The notes below the pieces were generated by a model that did not search any database, had not been told where the DNA came from, and was given only the letters and a program-made list of their open reading frames with translations. Shown one piece after another: positions 1 through 12,705 of a stretch of DNA of 64,000 nucleotides. Every line of letters starts with the position of its first letter. Position 1 is the stretch's first letter. The position numbers and the translations under genes are program-made. Source of the stretch: Patellaria atrata CBS 101060 (taxonomy: Eukaryota); NCBI GenBank assembly GCA_010093705.1, contig MU006092.1:750623-814622 (forward strand). The letters run 5' to 3'.

Positions 1-479
1 CCCCAAACACCGCATGCCGTGCGCCGCAATCCATTCGCTTCCTCAATGCCTCTCAGATTCGATTATTATCTCAAGAAACAAAATTCGAGATTGATAAAGT
101 AGTTGCTTCGAAACCAGTTGTACTTTTCATGAAGGGGACGCCTGCCCAACCGCAATGCGGATTCTCGAGGGCGAGTATACAGGTACTGGAGTATCAAGGA
201 GTGGATCCAGGAAAGTTCACAACTGTGAATGTACTTGCGAATCCGGATATTCGAGAGGGTATAAGAAGCACCTTCCCAGGTTCGACTCGCCCTAACAAAT
301 ATGTTTTAGGGATCAAGGAATACTCGGAGTGGCCAACAATACCACAGCTCTACGTCGACAAGGAGTTTATCGGCGGTTGCGATATATTGATGTCAATGCA
401 TCAGGATGGATCATTGGCTAAATTATTGGAAGAAAAGGGTGTAGTTCTATTAGACGATGCTCCATCTTCGAGTGGCTAG
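1..479 (+). CDS. GRX5: Monothiol CGFS glutaredoxin (mitochondrial Grx5 type), 5' end outside window
   Basis: Frame open from base 3. Motifs VVLFMKGTP..PQCGFS and WPTIPQLYVDKEFIGGCDI. A 51-nt intron at 259-309 (GTATAA..CCTAAC..TAG) restores IREGIKEYSEW. Confidence 0.93.
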   Translation, partial: PNTACRAPQSIRFLNASQIRLLSQETKFEIDKVVASKPVVLFMKGTPAQPQCGFSRASIQVLEYQGVDPGKFTTVNVLANPDIREGIRSTFPGSTRPNKYVLGIKEYSEWPTIPQLYVDKEFIGGCDILMSMHQDGSLAKLLEEKGVVLLDDAPSSSG

Positions 480-1038
480 GATGCTGTAACAACAAAATCA
501 TTACTACTACCCCCCTTTGCTCCAATATTCACATTGTGCCGATCTGCTTTCTCTGCTACTCTACTTCAAGGGCTGGGTCATGGACTTTTTAATTGATACA
601 TGAACGTACCCGACACTGAATGAGAACAGACGGGTAGCATTGACTAAGCACTGACTTGAAGATATTCAGGTTGATGTAGGGTTACCTTACGCGATGATGC
701 ATTCCGGTTCAATGCATGGTTTCAAATATCAAGAAGCAAGAGCGAAGAGCATGTATGTGTTGCGTCATAACCTGGAAGGTATGTGTACCTATGTACCACA
801 GTAAGGTACCTTATCCACCTAGGCCCTATTCCGCGCTTACGTGAATAGGATTCCTCTTTCCGTCCGTTCTTTCCAGTTTTGATATGCACTTCGCTCCATT
901 TTCCACTTCTCCTTCCTGTATCCATCGTTCCAGTGTAATTGTCGCCGAGGTACTAGCTACGCTCACTAAGTTCCTTTCTCGGCTGCTACACTGTCCTCAT
1001 ATTATGTAGTGAGCTTTCCTCTTATTTATTCTTCAACA

Positions 1039-4000
1039 ATGGCCAATGAATTCTGTTGCACTCACCCAGAACGAACTGACTCTCCAATAATTCCAAATGC
1101 GAGAATACGTCGTGATACAGACGTCCAGGAACAATTACTAAATTCATTGAGCACTCGTCACACTTCTGCAGGACCTGAAGAACTTCGGCAAATCCAGCGT
1201 ATCCTTGAAGGAGCATCCTTAGAAGACACTTCCAACCCTCCTAGTATGTTTAGACGTAAGTCTAAGAAATCCATGACCGATAGATCCCAAGCCAGTACTC
1301 CCGAATCCAAAGGATTTAAAGGTCTACTGCGGAAACGATTATCGTGGATGAGCACAAAGTCGACTTCCGGTCTTCGCAAGAAACGACAAAGTGAAGATGA
1401 CAATCATTTGCTGAGGACGTCTATCGAACGGTCCAATACGGTCAAGAGGGAAATCCGCATGAACCTGCTAAGTGACCAGAGCGCTACCAGCGGTGGATAC
1501 GATTCCGATGCTGAAGACATTTCGCATCGATTGGCGACAGCATTTTCGGACAAAAATCGACTTGACCAGGCACAACTGGTGTCTATCCAACTCGGGGATC
1601 AAACTCACGCGGAAAATTCGCCCAATCTCGGATCGATGAATCGTAATTTAAATTTGTAAGTAACCGTATTTATGATTGCTCACTGAATGCTAACACTATT
1701 CGTCAGAGAACAGACTGCCATCGACAAGGAGATATCTGCGTCAAGAATTGGAATGCCGAATGCTGAAATTGAGCCAGAGGATGGATCTCTTCAGGAGTTA
1801 CCTCTCCTCCTAACCTCAGCGAGTCTCCCAGACTTGTTGCTCCGTATGAGTGGGGATACACTCCAACGCAGGAGATCACGTTCTGAGTCAGGCTTGACCG
1901 CTCTCCCGAAATTTCTGGTAACCCCTCTTCGTCCACCTAATTCGGAGAGTGGTATCAAGTCCCAGCCAGCGGATTCTTTCGCGGAGAGCGCGTTGGGCGC
2001 TATACCTGCTCGGGAGGGCCCGACTAGTGCTGGTACAGTCTCTTCTCAACCGGGATCTCTGCTCTCAGACTGTCTAGCAGCGCTCTCCAACAGTGAAGAT
2101 GGCGGAAGCAATAGACAGGAAATGCGTGTGTTAAGAAAGGGGAATATTATCGAGAATCAACTGGAGAATTCTCAAGAGTTTGATGACGAAGGCGGAGACA
2201 CAGTACATGCTATGGATCCGTCCCGGACTCGATCAATAACATCCTCAGTTCACTTATACAGCATGAGAATATCCCAGCATCTTCGGTCACCATCTGCAAT
2301 ATCGGTAACCTCGTCATCATATAGCCCTCGACCTTTACGAAATCGACATAGGGCCAGTAATTCTAATAATATGCCCGGAGCAACATCTTGGGCGCGTCAC
2401 AATCGGCAAACCTCCAGTACAGGTTTCGGAAGCGCAAATGTACCCAGCAGCTGGGGCAATGTCGTCAAGGACGATGCCTCATCTATATACTCCTCGAGAC
2501 CACAGAGTCCTCTAGAAAGCTTTGGTCCCGCTAAGATGAGCATATCTACTGCATTGACGGATTCAACATCACGTCCAGTAGCAGCTTCGCATCTTGATAA
2601 ATCGGAACGTGAGATCATGCGGATTCCTCACATTACGATACAAAATCCTTCCATTCACACCCCAAGAGCGGAACACGACCCTTTTGTAGACAGTGGAGGT
2701 CTCAAGGATGACAGTAGTCCGAGCAACAACTCTGAGGCTACTATCCATGCATCAAATATCCTTCTGGAGTCTTTGCAGAGTTCACCCAGTGCAGGCAAAT
2801 CTACAAAATTCAAAGAAGAGCTCGGCGAACCTAGAAAACGCGCAAGAAAGCGTTCTAGCATGCGCCTACCGTCTTTCAAGAAGCTCCGTTCAAGGTCTTC
2901 TACTCTCTTTAAAGAGAAGTCTATATCAGCACTCGACGGTCCAACGGATGACAGATCTCGACGGCGACTTTCACACAATATCTGGTCATTAGGAAACGAG
3001 CATGACCAGCCCGCGGAAATGTGGGAGAGGGCTCTAAAAGCGCAAGAGCAGGAGAAGTCTGCACTATTCGTATCTGGGAATAAAGATAGGGTCAACTTCA
3101 CCAGTCCATTTCGTGAGAGAAGCGGTTCAGTTGTTACCAGACCGTATGTGAGACAGTCTATCTCTGAGGCGGGTCCATTTCAGCAGACACTTTCACCACC
3201 ATCCGAGGCACGCCAGACCCGGTCGATGGGAACGCTTCGAGAACAGGATGAACTTAGCCCAGATGCCATAGAGCTTGAACCGCAGCTAAAAAAGAAGAAG
3301 CCCGTTGCGTCACGCAAAGTTGAGTCATTCTCCGACCTGACGTCCGCCCTTCGTGCTTGGGGACGCTATCCAAGCCATACCCGCGAGGAGCGTAACGCAA
3401 GCGCAGGCGAAAAGGACAACATCATAACCCGTGACTTTGCATTTGAGATTGCAGATGAGAGCCCAACAGGAACGAAACGCAAGCGAAAAGGAAAGACAGG
3501 ATTATCTAAGAGTCAAAGCATGACATTTGGAAGAACTTTTCTCAAGAACTATGCTCGGATCTTTCGTTCACAGAGCAGCGACTTCCGGGCCTATGGACAT
3601 GGACATCGCTCCTCCATCTCTACCGGGGGCCAAGTCGAGTTTCCGGAGCTTGAACTATTACCTTCGGTCATGTCGATGCCGATCAGTGCTACACAAACTC
3701 ATCTCGCGACACCACCACCCACGTCAATGAGCGAAGCGATTAACCTCTGGCAGACGCCAACACGTGGTCCAAGGCAACGGAGCGCTTCAATATGCTCGGA
3801 TGTTCCACCTCCTTTCGCATCTGGCGCATTGGAAACCTCAGACGAGGGTCCAGGTCCTCTAGATGGTACTCTCGATCGCGAAGACGGAGAGAGGAATGCG
3901 GTCAAGCTCTCTAGGATGTACGAGAGTCTACTACACAACCATGCAGATGATTTAAGTTCAGTGACGACCATTAGACCTCAGAAGCGGTCGAATACATCCA

Positions 4001-4173
4001 AGAGCTTACCTGGCCTCATGAGTGACGAAACGGACCATTTTAGGCAGACAAGTATTGCTTCTGGTAACTCACTACGTAGGTCTACCGTTGATTTGGCCAA
4101 GTTGCTGCAAGATACTATGGAGGCGGAGAGGGAGAAGGCTCTGAGGATGGCGGAGGCCTTTGGAAGAGATTGA
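1039..4173 (+). CDS. Large Ser/Arg-rich, mostly disordered hypothetical protein (~1030 aa)
   Basis: ORFs 1009-1659 and 1687-4173 join in frame through intron 1656-1706 (GTAAGT..GCTAAC..CAG). ATG at 1039 in ACAATGG context. One ordered-looking block, WGRYPSHTREERN..TRDFA. Confidence 0.8.
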
Positions 4174-6460
4174 GGTGAAGCATGATGATAGTGTTTCGGC
4201 ACACACCAACCCTATAATAACAGGCTCTAATATAGGAGTATTCTCTAATTTAGTGAACTTAACTTTGATATGAATTACATAGATCACCTATTGTTAGCTT
4301 GCACTACTGCAGGTTGGCGTTCGCTGTTTCTATTATTTTAGGAGTACAGTCCTTGGTTCTCGGAACACTTGGCCATCCCATGCATTTAGCTCAGTTTTTT
4401 GAGCGGGAAATTTGGCTGCGTATCATTAACCTTTGCAGATAATCTCTTCTAACCCTGGAAAGGCTGGTCTACGTATTCCGATATCCTCCCCCCTAATCGG
4501 TCCAGCTATTATCTCTATTCCCAGACCCTACCAATGGTGACATTTCACTACTTAGCTACTGGCTGCGATTATCACCACCCGTCTAGGCCGTGTATGGAGC
4601 AGTATAGCTACCGCGTGTGTAGATCTCATTCGAACACACAAACCCTCTTCTGTATTTTGTAGTCCATAGGAGAAGATCTACAGGACTGACTGAAAGTTAG
4701 TACGATACATTTTGTTGATATAGTAGAAGAGTATATTTTACATCATTCACCAGGAGTACAATCCCGCGGTGAGCGCTATATGTGAACTGGTTCTAAACTA
4801 TATACAGCAAGCTGCGAAAGTATTTTAGACGCTGGAACGGAGGGGACGTGAGCGAGACCATCTTCCTAGAAGTCCTGTCCCGATGGATTAGGATTGCTTT
4901 ATTTGTACGGGTTTTGATACAGCTATGCATCCGAATTGGAAAATGGGAACTACAGCTCGTACTGTGACTTTGATTAGCTCGACACTAGAAGGACTATTGC
5001 CTCCTCGTTCAGCAGGCAAAGGTTTTCATAATAAGTAATGCAAGAGAAAAATGAAATAGGTCGAGCATACCTTACCTTACTGATGATTGTAAGCTAATCG
5101 ACGCTACCTCAGAGCTGTCATATATACAGTAAAGTATTCCGAACTTCAACGTAAAACCTTTCAACTACATTATCAAGAACCAAGTCATCAGGAAACAGAA
5201 TTTCACAGGTCGGTACCAAGGAAGCCAGAACTATATAGAGATTCATAACTCACCAAATATAGGAAGAGCGGTATACAATGTCAATGGTTTGCGGTTGCCG
5301 GTCAGTGTAATTCACCTTACGTTCGGTGCAGCGTCGACCTCTGACGAAAGTGCTATTGGACCTAGCGTGAGTGTCGAATTGGGGTGGCTCTATTGTGTAG
5401 ATTGTTCTAATTATTATAAGAGTCTCGACGGCTCCTCTTTAGGGTTGGGCGGTCTGCTGTTGCAGTTAGTTCTACAGCAGGTACCGAAAATGAGGCCTTT
5501 TAATTGATTTGGAAACAAGTCCGTCTCTCTACACGTTCAGTCCTCAATAAGCCTGATATCATAGAAGGGAATCGGTCCTACCAACAGACATTTTGACACT
5601 ACTGGGCCAACGAAAGAAAAGCACAGTAGACCTCGTGAGTTTTTCAGCCATCATGTGAAGATCACATAATATCTATAAAGCTATACATGTTGGCGTGGTC
5701 GATAATCCTTTATCCAACAATATAACCCCAAAAATTGCTATAGTTCTGATAAAATAGACCGGTTCTACTGTGCTACTAGCTCGCTTCTAGTTCTACAAGG
5801 GATACGATCGGGGAGTCTTACAATGAGAATACATCCCCTCAAGCTTCGAGTTATCTATATATAGATCGATAAATCAAAACTTAGGCCTTGGACTTCTATT
5901 GCACTGCTTAAATTGCTTATAATAGTACATATGGGTGCTGGTCTCTCGGGAGCGAAGCGGTTTAGAACTATGTTTTTGGTGGTTGTCAGCAACTTCATCC
6001 AGTTGGAAATTAATATCAACAAACTCCCTGCTAAGATAAAAAAAAGAGAGTAGAGTATTGTCTAGAGAGACTTGAAAAATTTAGCTGAGCATTATCCTAA
6101 TACTTTCTTGTGTTATTGAGCCATTGTGGCCGTTAGAGATTTGGAGTGTTCCACGCATTTCTGTACTCTCCGACGCCTCCCTGGTGATGCGGCGCGCGAG
6201 AGAATACTGGAGACCATCTCATGAATATGATGAGAGAAGAGGATGTTCAATGATAGGAACCCATAATCACTAGTAGTAAAAAGGGAATCAAGGTACAGTC
6301 TCTTTCAACACTCTTTTTCAACAGTCGCTCTGGAAACCAGTTCAGACGCTTTCGAAAATTCAGATGAACCTGCTTCATCATATTCTGTCTCCGCTCCCGC
6401 ATCCACCTACATTCTCAGAGCCCGCTTCAAACAATCAGGTCTAGTCTAACTTCTTTGATA

Positions 6461-6691
6461 GATTCTACTTCTCATCGAGATACCACAGCCATTGCAGAAA
6501 TCAGAGCAATGCACGACCAGTTAAACTCAAAGTTTAATTCAACTGTCTTCGTCTCTTTTGACCTAGGAGATGTCCAGCTTCCAGTTCGCATTCGTACATG
6601 GCTGTTCCAGCCGTACCCTAAATGGGTGGGAACAGTTGTTCGCAATCCTGTAGATGTTGTAATGCTCACTCATCTCATCCTCTATTGCACT
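6461..6691 (+). pseudogene. N-terminal fragment resembling fungal fatty-acid-desaturase-domain proteins
   Basis: KFNSTVFVSFDL..LFQPYPKWVGTVVRNPVDVVMLTHLILYCT matches my recollection of the pre-TM region of this family. It stops abruptly before any His boxes. Confidence 0.5.
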
Positions 6692-7500
6692 CAGGGGCAT
6701 CGTTCTTGTTGCGATGTGGTTTGCTCAATAAGGAGCCGTTGTTACGTGGCGGTGTAGGGTAAGATAATTCCTTAAGGAGCATTGCTTCTAAGTTGACTGG
6801 ATTAGGTCTGGGGCTGGATGTACTTTTGGTACTTCCTTGTCATCATTGTCTCCGTTTTCGATAACCTCGTTGTCGCTCCGTTCAGTAAAAACTGGACCAT
6901 GCACATCTCGAAAGCTCCTAGCGCCATTGTCATTGCAGACACCGCGTCGAAAGTCCTTAACCCGTCAAGGAAGTACAAGAATTTGCTTGGGCGTTTGAAA
7001 GCTGGTATTAATACAAGGAACCGCATCACTATCGGCCCGTATGACCCATCTGTCTATTCCCGTCGATGTTTCTACGTCGTCCTTTCCGTGGAAGGGAGAT
7101 CCAGACTCCGTGCTATTCCCCAAATCGGGTCGAAAGGGTGCAGTGTCGCCGTCTTTGCATTGGCACGGTGCTCTTTGCCTCGGCAACCCTCATGTCTATC
7201 AACGCCACGTTAATGATCCTCTGTATCATACTTCTCGCGGGAGTTATGGCCCGTGTCGTCGCCATGTGGATTTCAGCCACTATGAACAAACGCAACAGGC
7301 CAATACTTCATGCAGTGGTCGCCAGTAAAGAACACACAGCTGAATATGTGAAGCAGACAATTGAATTGCGGGGATTGCAGGTGGGCTAATGAGTCATATC
7401 ATCGTCGACGGGTCGTGCGTTATATACCGCCATAAGTTGCTCTCTGCTGCAACTTACATCGGACTTTTGGCCAAGCCATATGACCTAGTCAGGTTGGGTG
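6692..7500 (+). pseudogene. 3' part of a fungal multi-pass membrane protein gene, disrupted
   Basis: Reads IVLVAMWFAQ*GAVVTWRCR, intron 6759-6805, VWGWMYFWYFLVIIV..., frameshift near 7160 to GTVLFASATLMSI..ARVVAMWI, frameshift near 7386 to MSHIIVDG..YIGLLAKPYDL. Stop TAA at 6729-6731. Confidence 0.65.
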
Positions 7501-9789
7501 AAAAGACTTCCCGGGGCAGTTCACGAAGCTGTTTATTGCCTGGACCGTTACCGTCTGGGGTCTTCGAACGAAAAAGGCTGCAAAAATTCACGGCTATTGA
7601 GCTTTGACCCGTTGGATTAAATAATTGAAGTATAACTATGTTGACAAATGATCGGGGTGCATATGGCATTTCCTTATGTGAACTCTATGCCTTCATAGTT
7701 GATACTCGTGATAGTACACTTGTCTAAAGGTCCTACCGAAAACATGAAGACATGCAAAATTTTGAGACAGGGCCAATTGGTTAGTCTTCAGTGGGAGTGG
7801 TCAAGATAATCTGGAATATGACCATACGAAGAAGAGACGTCCAGATATATCTTATCTACTTTGACTAGATTGAAGAATGGCCCACCGTTTTCTGATTAAA
7901 GAGGTATATCGTAGTAGCGGCACCAACGTATCTTTAGGAGAGATTTGAGAACTCTGAGATTAGCTTTTGTCGTCGCAAAATGAGACTAAAAGCTGCCACC
8001 TCCATACTGCCATAGACATAATTCGCTAACAAGCCGCCTTCTGACGGAAATACGAATTGAATGTATCTTGATCTGAGTGTTGTTGAGCGGACCAAGGACC
8101 AAGGGGACGTGAGGTCGGGACAAGCCTTGCGCAGCGAATAGACCGGCTCCAAAAATGTAGCGTTCCCAAACATGGCATAGTTAACTGAAATTATTCTCAA
8201 GGGAGGCCATAGCGCTGTCAAACGACTTATTAGTTCTACTACCTCAGTCCTTTGGATCTGAACTACAATAGATTGGACTGAGTCCTGCTTCGAGATTCAT
8301 ACTGCAATTGTACTGGGACAGTACCATTAGAACACCTAGCCAGATCAGCCATCACCAGCATGAACCACTTTGAATGCCTCATCGCCCTCCCCATAGGTAG
8401 TAATACTATTCGGCATATCACTCGTACTTTTGCCGGAAGGCTTTCTTTAGAATAATCACTTCCTTTTGGTCATATCCCTTTCTCTGTGACGCGATAAGTC
8501 ATGACGAACGTCGCCGGGTAGAACTATAGTAGTAGTGTGCATTTTGTCTCGCCGCTCAAGGCTCAATCGTATAAACCACTCTTCCTTTTTCTCATTTGCT
8601 ACTCAAATATTCTCTTCAGTCAAGTCCATTTTAATCTATTCGAAGCTCACAAGCACTACAATTGCATGAAATATGTTTAGTTCAAAGTTCCGAGGCATTA
8701 CGAGTTAGCTATGTTGTGCGACGGCAAGATGGAGAGTTTCGAGATTGAGTATATTCTCCGAAACCCCTTTCAGCTTGTAAGTTATTCCCTCGTACGTGTC
8801 TTCTTATATTATAATTATGCACTAATCTCGATGTCATAGTCCCTAGCAAGGGTTTTTCGGTTTTTTGGGGCCGGGTCTATTTAATGGTCTACTCATCAGA
8901 TCAACCTCCATTGCAAGTCGCCACCCTGAGTTAGCTAATATTCAGCTAAGCAGACGATATATATATCGAAATCTGTTGCAAAATATTTCCGATCCGAAAG
9001 ATAGATGATTCACGGCTTCTACTATGATACAGGATCGATTACTTTGTATAAGTAGCTGCTGATAAAACAGCACAGTTACTACATCCTCCTACGCCCAGGT
9101 ATTTACTTCTGAATACCGTAATGCATAATTTTTTTTCCCGCTCGCTTCCGGCGCTGACTTTATGCAAATGGAGTCAGAAGTACCCAAGTCCACTACAGAA
9201 CTTTTGACCCCGTAGGTGGCTGGGCACCGAAGTCAACATAACCATGCAGTATACAGTCGCACACTTCGGAGTTGAATCTTAAGGGTCCTTGTAATCCTCA
9301 AATTACTTTCACTCTCTCGTCACATGCAAATGATTTATCCACCGGCAATAGTAAGGCTCTAAGACGTATGAGGACGGGCATGAAGTCCAAGCGTCGGACG
9401 CCGAACTGCTGTTCTTAATGCATTACTACTTATAACTTTAAAATAAGGTATCTCTTCCCTGTCATGTTTAGCATTCGTTGGCCTCTCTACGCTCGTAGAA
9501 CATCTGTTGGGCTGCTGTCAAGTCTGGGAGGTTCTTTACGGCCTTATACTCCCCGGTAACTCTTACCGACCCTAGGCCTTTTGCATTTGCTTATCTTTCA
9601 TCTTTTCTTATACAGTAGAGTTAGAGACGCCTTCAGCATTGATCGTACAGTTCGCGAGAAATGCCACGACAGGGCAAGTGTTACTCGAAAAAGGGTCGGA
9701 GAACGATATGTGCTGTCATTTAAATACTTTGGTTCTCGGTCATACCGGTGCATCACAAAGCTCGACAACTGTTCATTTCGTACTTTCAA

Positions 9790-12383
9790 ATGTCTTACCT
9801 TACGTCCAACATATACGTCGGTCATTGGGTGGATTGGTCAGCTGGGCCTATACTTGGATCAACTATAACGCTTCCATCAACCGGCGCTATGATTCTTGTT
9901 GCATTTCTTGCCGTCTTCGTCCAGGTCACCGGTAATCACCTATGGGATATCATTTGTTTTCTCTACCACGGCCAAATAGCGACATCCAAGCAGCAAAGCA
10001 CGTTCGTACGACAACAACAGGTTCTTCTTCGCAACAATACATCACCTACATCTACACTGGGGAAATTTCTGGAACTTGCGTGGTACTGGAAGCCTAAGTC
10101 TGGTTGTGCAGGTTCTCGTTGTCTATCTTTCGCAGGCTTCTCACTTCTTTATGCAGTGGGATTCATGTTAGCGGCAATTTTTGCTTCACAAGTAGTTGAC
10201 TCGTCTGAGATCAATGTCCTAATCTACAACCGAAACTGCGGTATTTGGGACTGGGTTGACTGGGAAACCCTCGCCAACAGTACTGAACTTCTAAACTCTA
10301 CCACGGATTCTCAAGAAGTCTGGATATCCACACTTCTATCAAGTACTTCATATGCCCGTACTTGCTTTAACTCAACGAATGACGATCCACAGTGCAAACT
10401 TTTCTCAAGGCGAGCCATCGACTCTACGAAATTATACGATTCTGGTTGCCCTTTTGAATCGTCTTTGTGCCTAGATGCTAGATCAGCAACTCTTCAACTG
10501 GATACAGGGCTTATTGATACTAGCACAATCTTTGGACTTAACCTTCGGCGAGAAGATGAACTGTATTGGCGTTACGTGACCAGCTGTGCGCCTTTGACAA
10601 CTGATAATTACACCAAAACTGCGGCAGAAGCACCGACAGGGCTTAAAAGATTACCAGGCGAAGAGGTGACCCGCTACTTTTACGGAGAACAGAGACCTAT
10701 GCTAAACCATACTTGGAGCGTCAGTAACTATGTCACACAGAGAAACCAGAATTATGACTTAGAGTCAGTAACAACTCCCTCGCCTCCTCTTCACTTTCAT
10801 CCCACATCCAAAGTCCAAAGTCTAACCTCCATCACATCCTCCACCCTTGAATAACGAAGTGACTAAAGTGGAGTAGTTGCAGATTCTGGTATCAAAATAA
10901 CAGCGGTTCCATACAAGCATTTTTTCCCATTCCGGAGCTTCGTCGGACGGATAGTGATATCTTTCTATTTTTCCTCTCGGCCAACTCGGTCACCTACCAA
11001 GCTCCAGTAGACGATCCTATTTTCTCAGCACATCAGCCTGTTGAGTTCGAGTTGACTGATGGATCGAATCACACGTATTACATAGCAGATTCTCCAGCGA
11101 CGGTAATCGGTTGCACTCAACAGGTAGGTTCTAACCTTACATCTCGCTAACCGTAGAACTAATATAGTTTGTAGATGCAGTTTTGCAAAGATGAGCATCA
11201 GGAAGAGTGTACAGAGCTAAGAGGAAGCATTCCGGCCATAGAAAACGCGAAAACCCTTTCTTCACTTTCCGCCCTACAGCTTGCAACAGTGAATCTTTTT
11301 GACGAACTCTTTAATTACTGGGTATACGACACAAGTATGGTCGCATATAGATCACCACCTAACCTTGTCGCGCAACAAACCCAATTCGGGAAGGAACGCC
11401 AACTACCCCTTCCTGACAACCAATGGGCCATTGAAGTTGAAGATTGGCATAACACATTACTTACGGCACTGAAATGGCATGTTGTTCTTCGTGCTGATGC
11501 TTACGCGGGTTTCAACTTCTCGCGGCATGTTATTCCTGTAAACACCACTGCTGAACGCCAGATATGTAGATCTCAAAAGATCAAGATTGATGGAAGCTAT
11601 AGGTACGATTAGGTTTCTTCGAACTCCCAGCCAGCCTAGAGTACTAACGTCCGTAGTAACGTCAACGTGTTTGGACTAGCTTTCGCCATCGCAATGTGTT
11701 GTCTTATCATTACACTAAACGTCACTCCTCGCATATACCTAGTATGCGGATACGGACGGCGTTCGTCGATTTCCTTGCAGCGCGTCCGTACATGGATTTC
11801 AGATGAGGTATTGCAAGTACAACGAGCTGCGTATGAAGCACGGAACGAGGGACAGTGGCAAGGTCACCTATCTCCTGTACCGACGACGCGAAGAACGGAC
11901 ACGCTGCGCAATCTCCATGATATTGATGATGAGAAACGATTACAGAGGCAAGACACCCTAGCGTCCAACCTTGCTTCTCTCTCCGACAAGGAAGTAGGAT
12001 CGAGAAGACCGAGCCACGGTAGTCACTCCAAGCACTCCTCCTCGAGCTCCCTGTCACGCAAAAGTTCGGAACATTCGGCGCCGTTGAGCGATGGTGGTGA
12101 TATTACACCAACGACGAGATCTACGCCATTTGATAACGGTGATATATGGCCAACCGAGAGATCCCCCCTGACGTATCCACATCCAAGTCGCAATCATCTC
12201 GATAATATTTTCTCAGTCGCCCACAACAACACTAGAGATAAGCAACCATCCACTTTCATCATCGAGGTCGACGAACGTAACAAAACCCCTGCCGTAGCGG
12301 GCAAGGGTAGAGAAACGGATGAACCCACCAACTCTCAGAAACAAAAGACAGCCAGGAGAAGCGATGAGCAAAAACGCCGCTGA
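9790..12383 (+). CDS. Conserved fungal membrane protein of unknown function (4 exons)
   Basis: N-terminal YVGHWVDWSAGPILGSTITL plus TM helices; FPIPELRRTDSDIFLFFLSANSVTY..VDDPIFSAH; PDNQWAIEVEDW; C-terminal TM then LQVQRAAYE. Introns at about 10765-10882, 11124-11174 and 11602-11657. Confidence 0.85.
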
Positions 12384-12705
12384 CTTCGGAAGGAGGCGGG
12401 GATCCGAGAAGGCTGCACCGATATAACGCGAATTTCTATCGAAGAAGACTAATGGAGAAAAAAGGACTTAGTTTTCTTCTAAATGTCGCTTTCCATCTAT
12501 GTTCATTTGTATAACTAAGACTAGGCCATTCTTCTATGCGGAAACTGTATTTGTATTGTGTGATAACGGAGTACACGAGCAAGGGGGATCATTCACTTCT
12601 ATGTAATATATATTGATATACAAACCTAACAAACAAATGATGACACATGATTATGAAGTCGGAAAAGCCCAACCCTCAACGCTACATTCTTATACACGCG
12701 CTCCC

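Noticed and set aside
4384..4410. TAGCTCAGTT resembling a tRNA D-arm
   Set aside because: No T-arm (GTTCRA) or acceptor stem at a suitable distance.
7934..8221. 95-aa minus-strand ORF
   Set aside because: Non-ATG start, no motif, no splice context.
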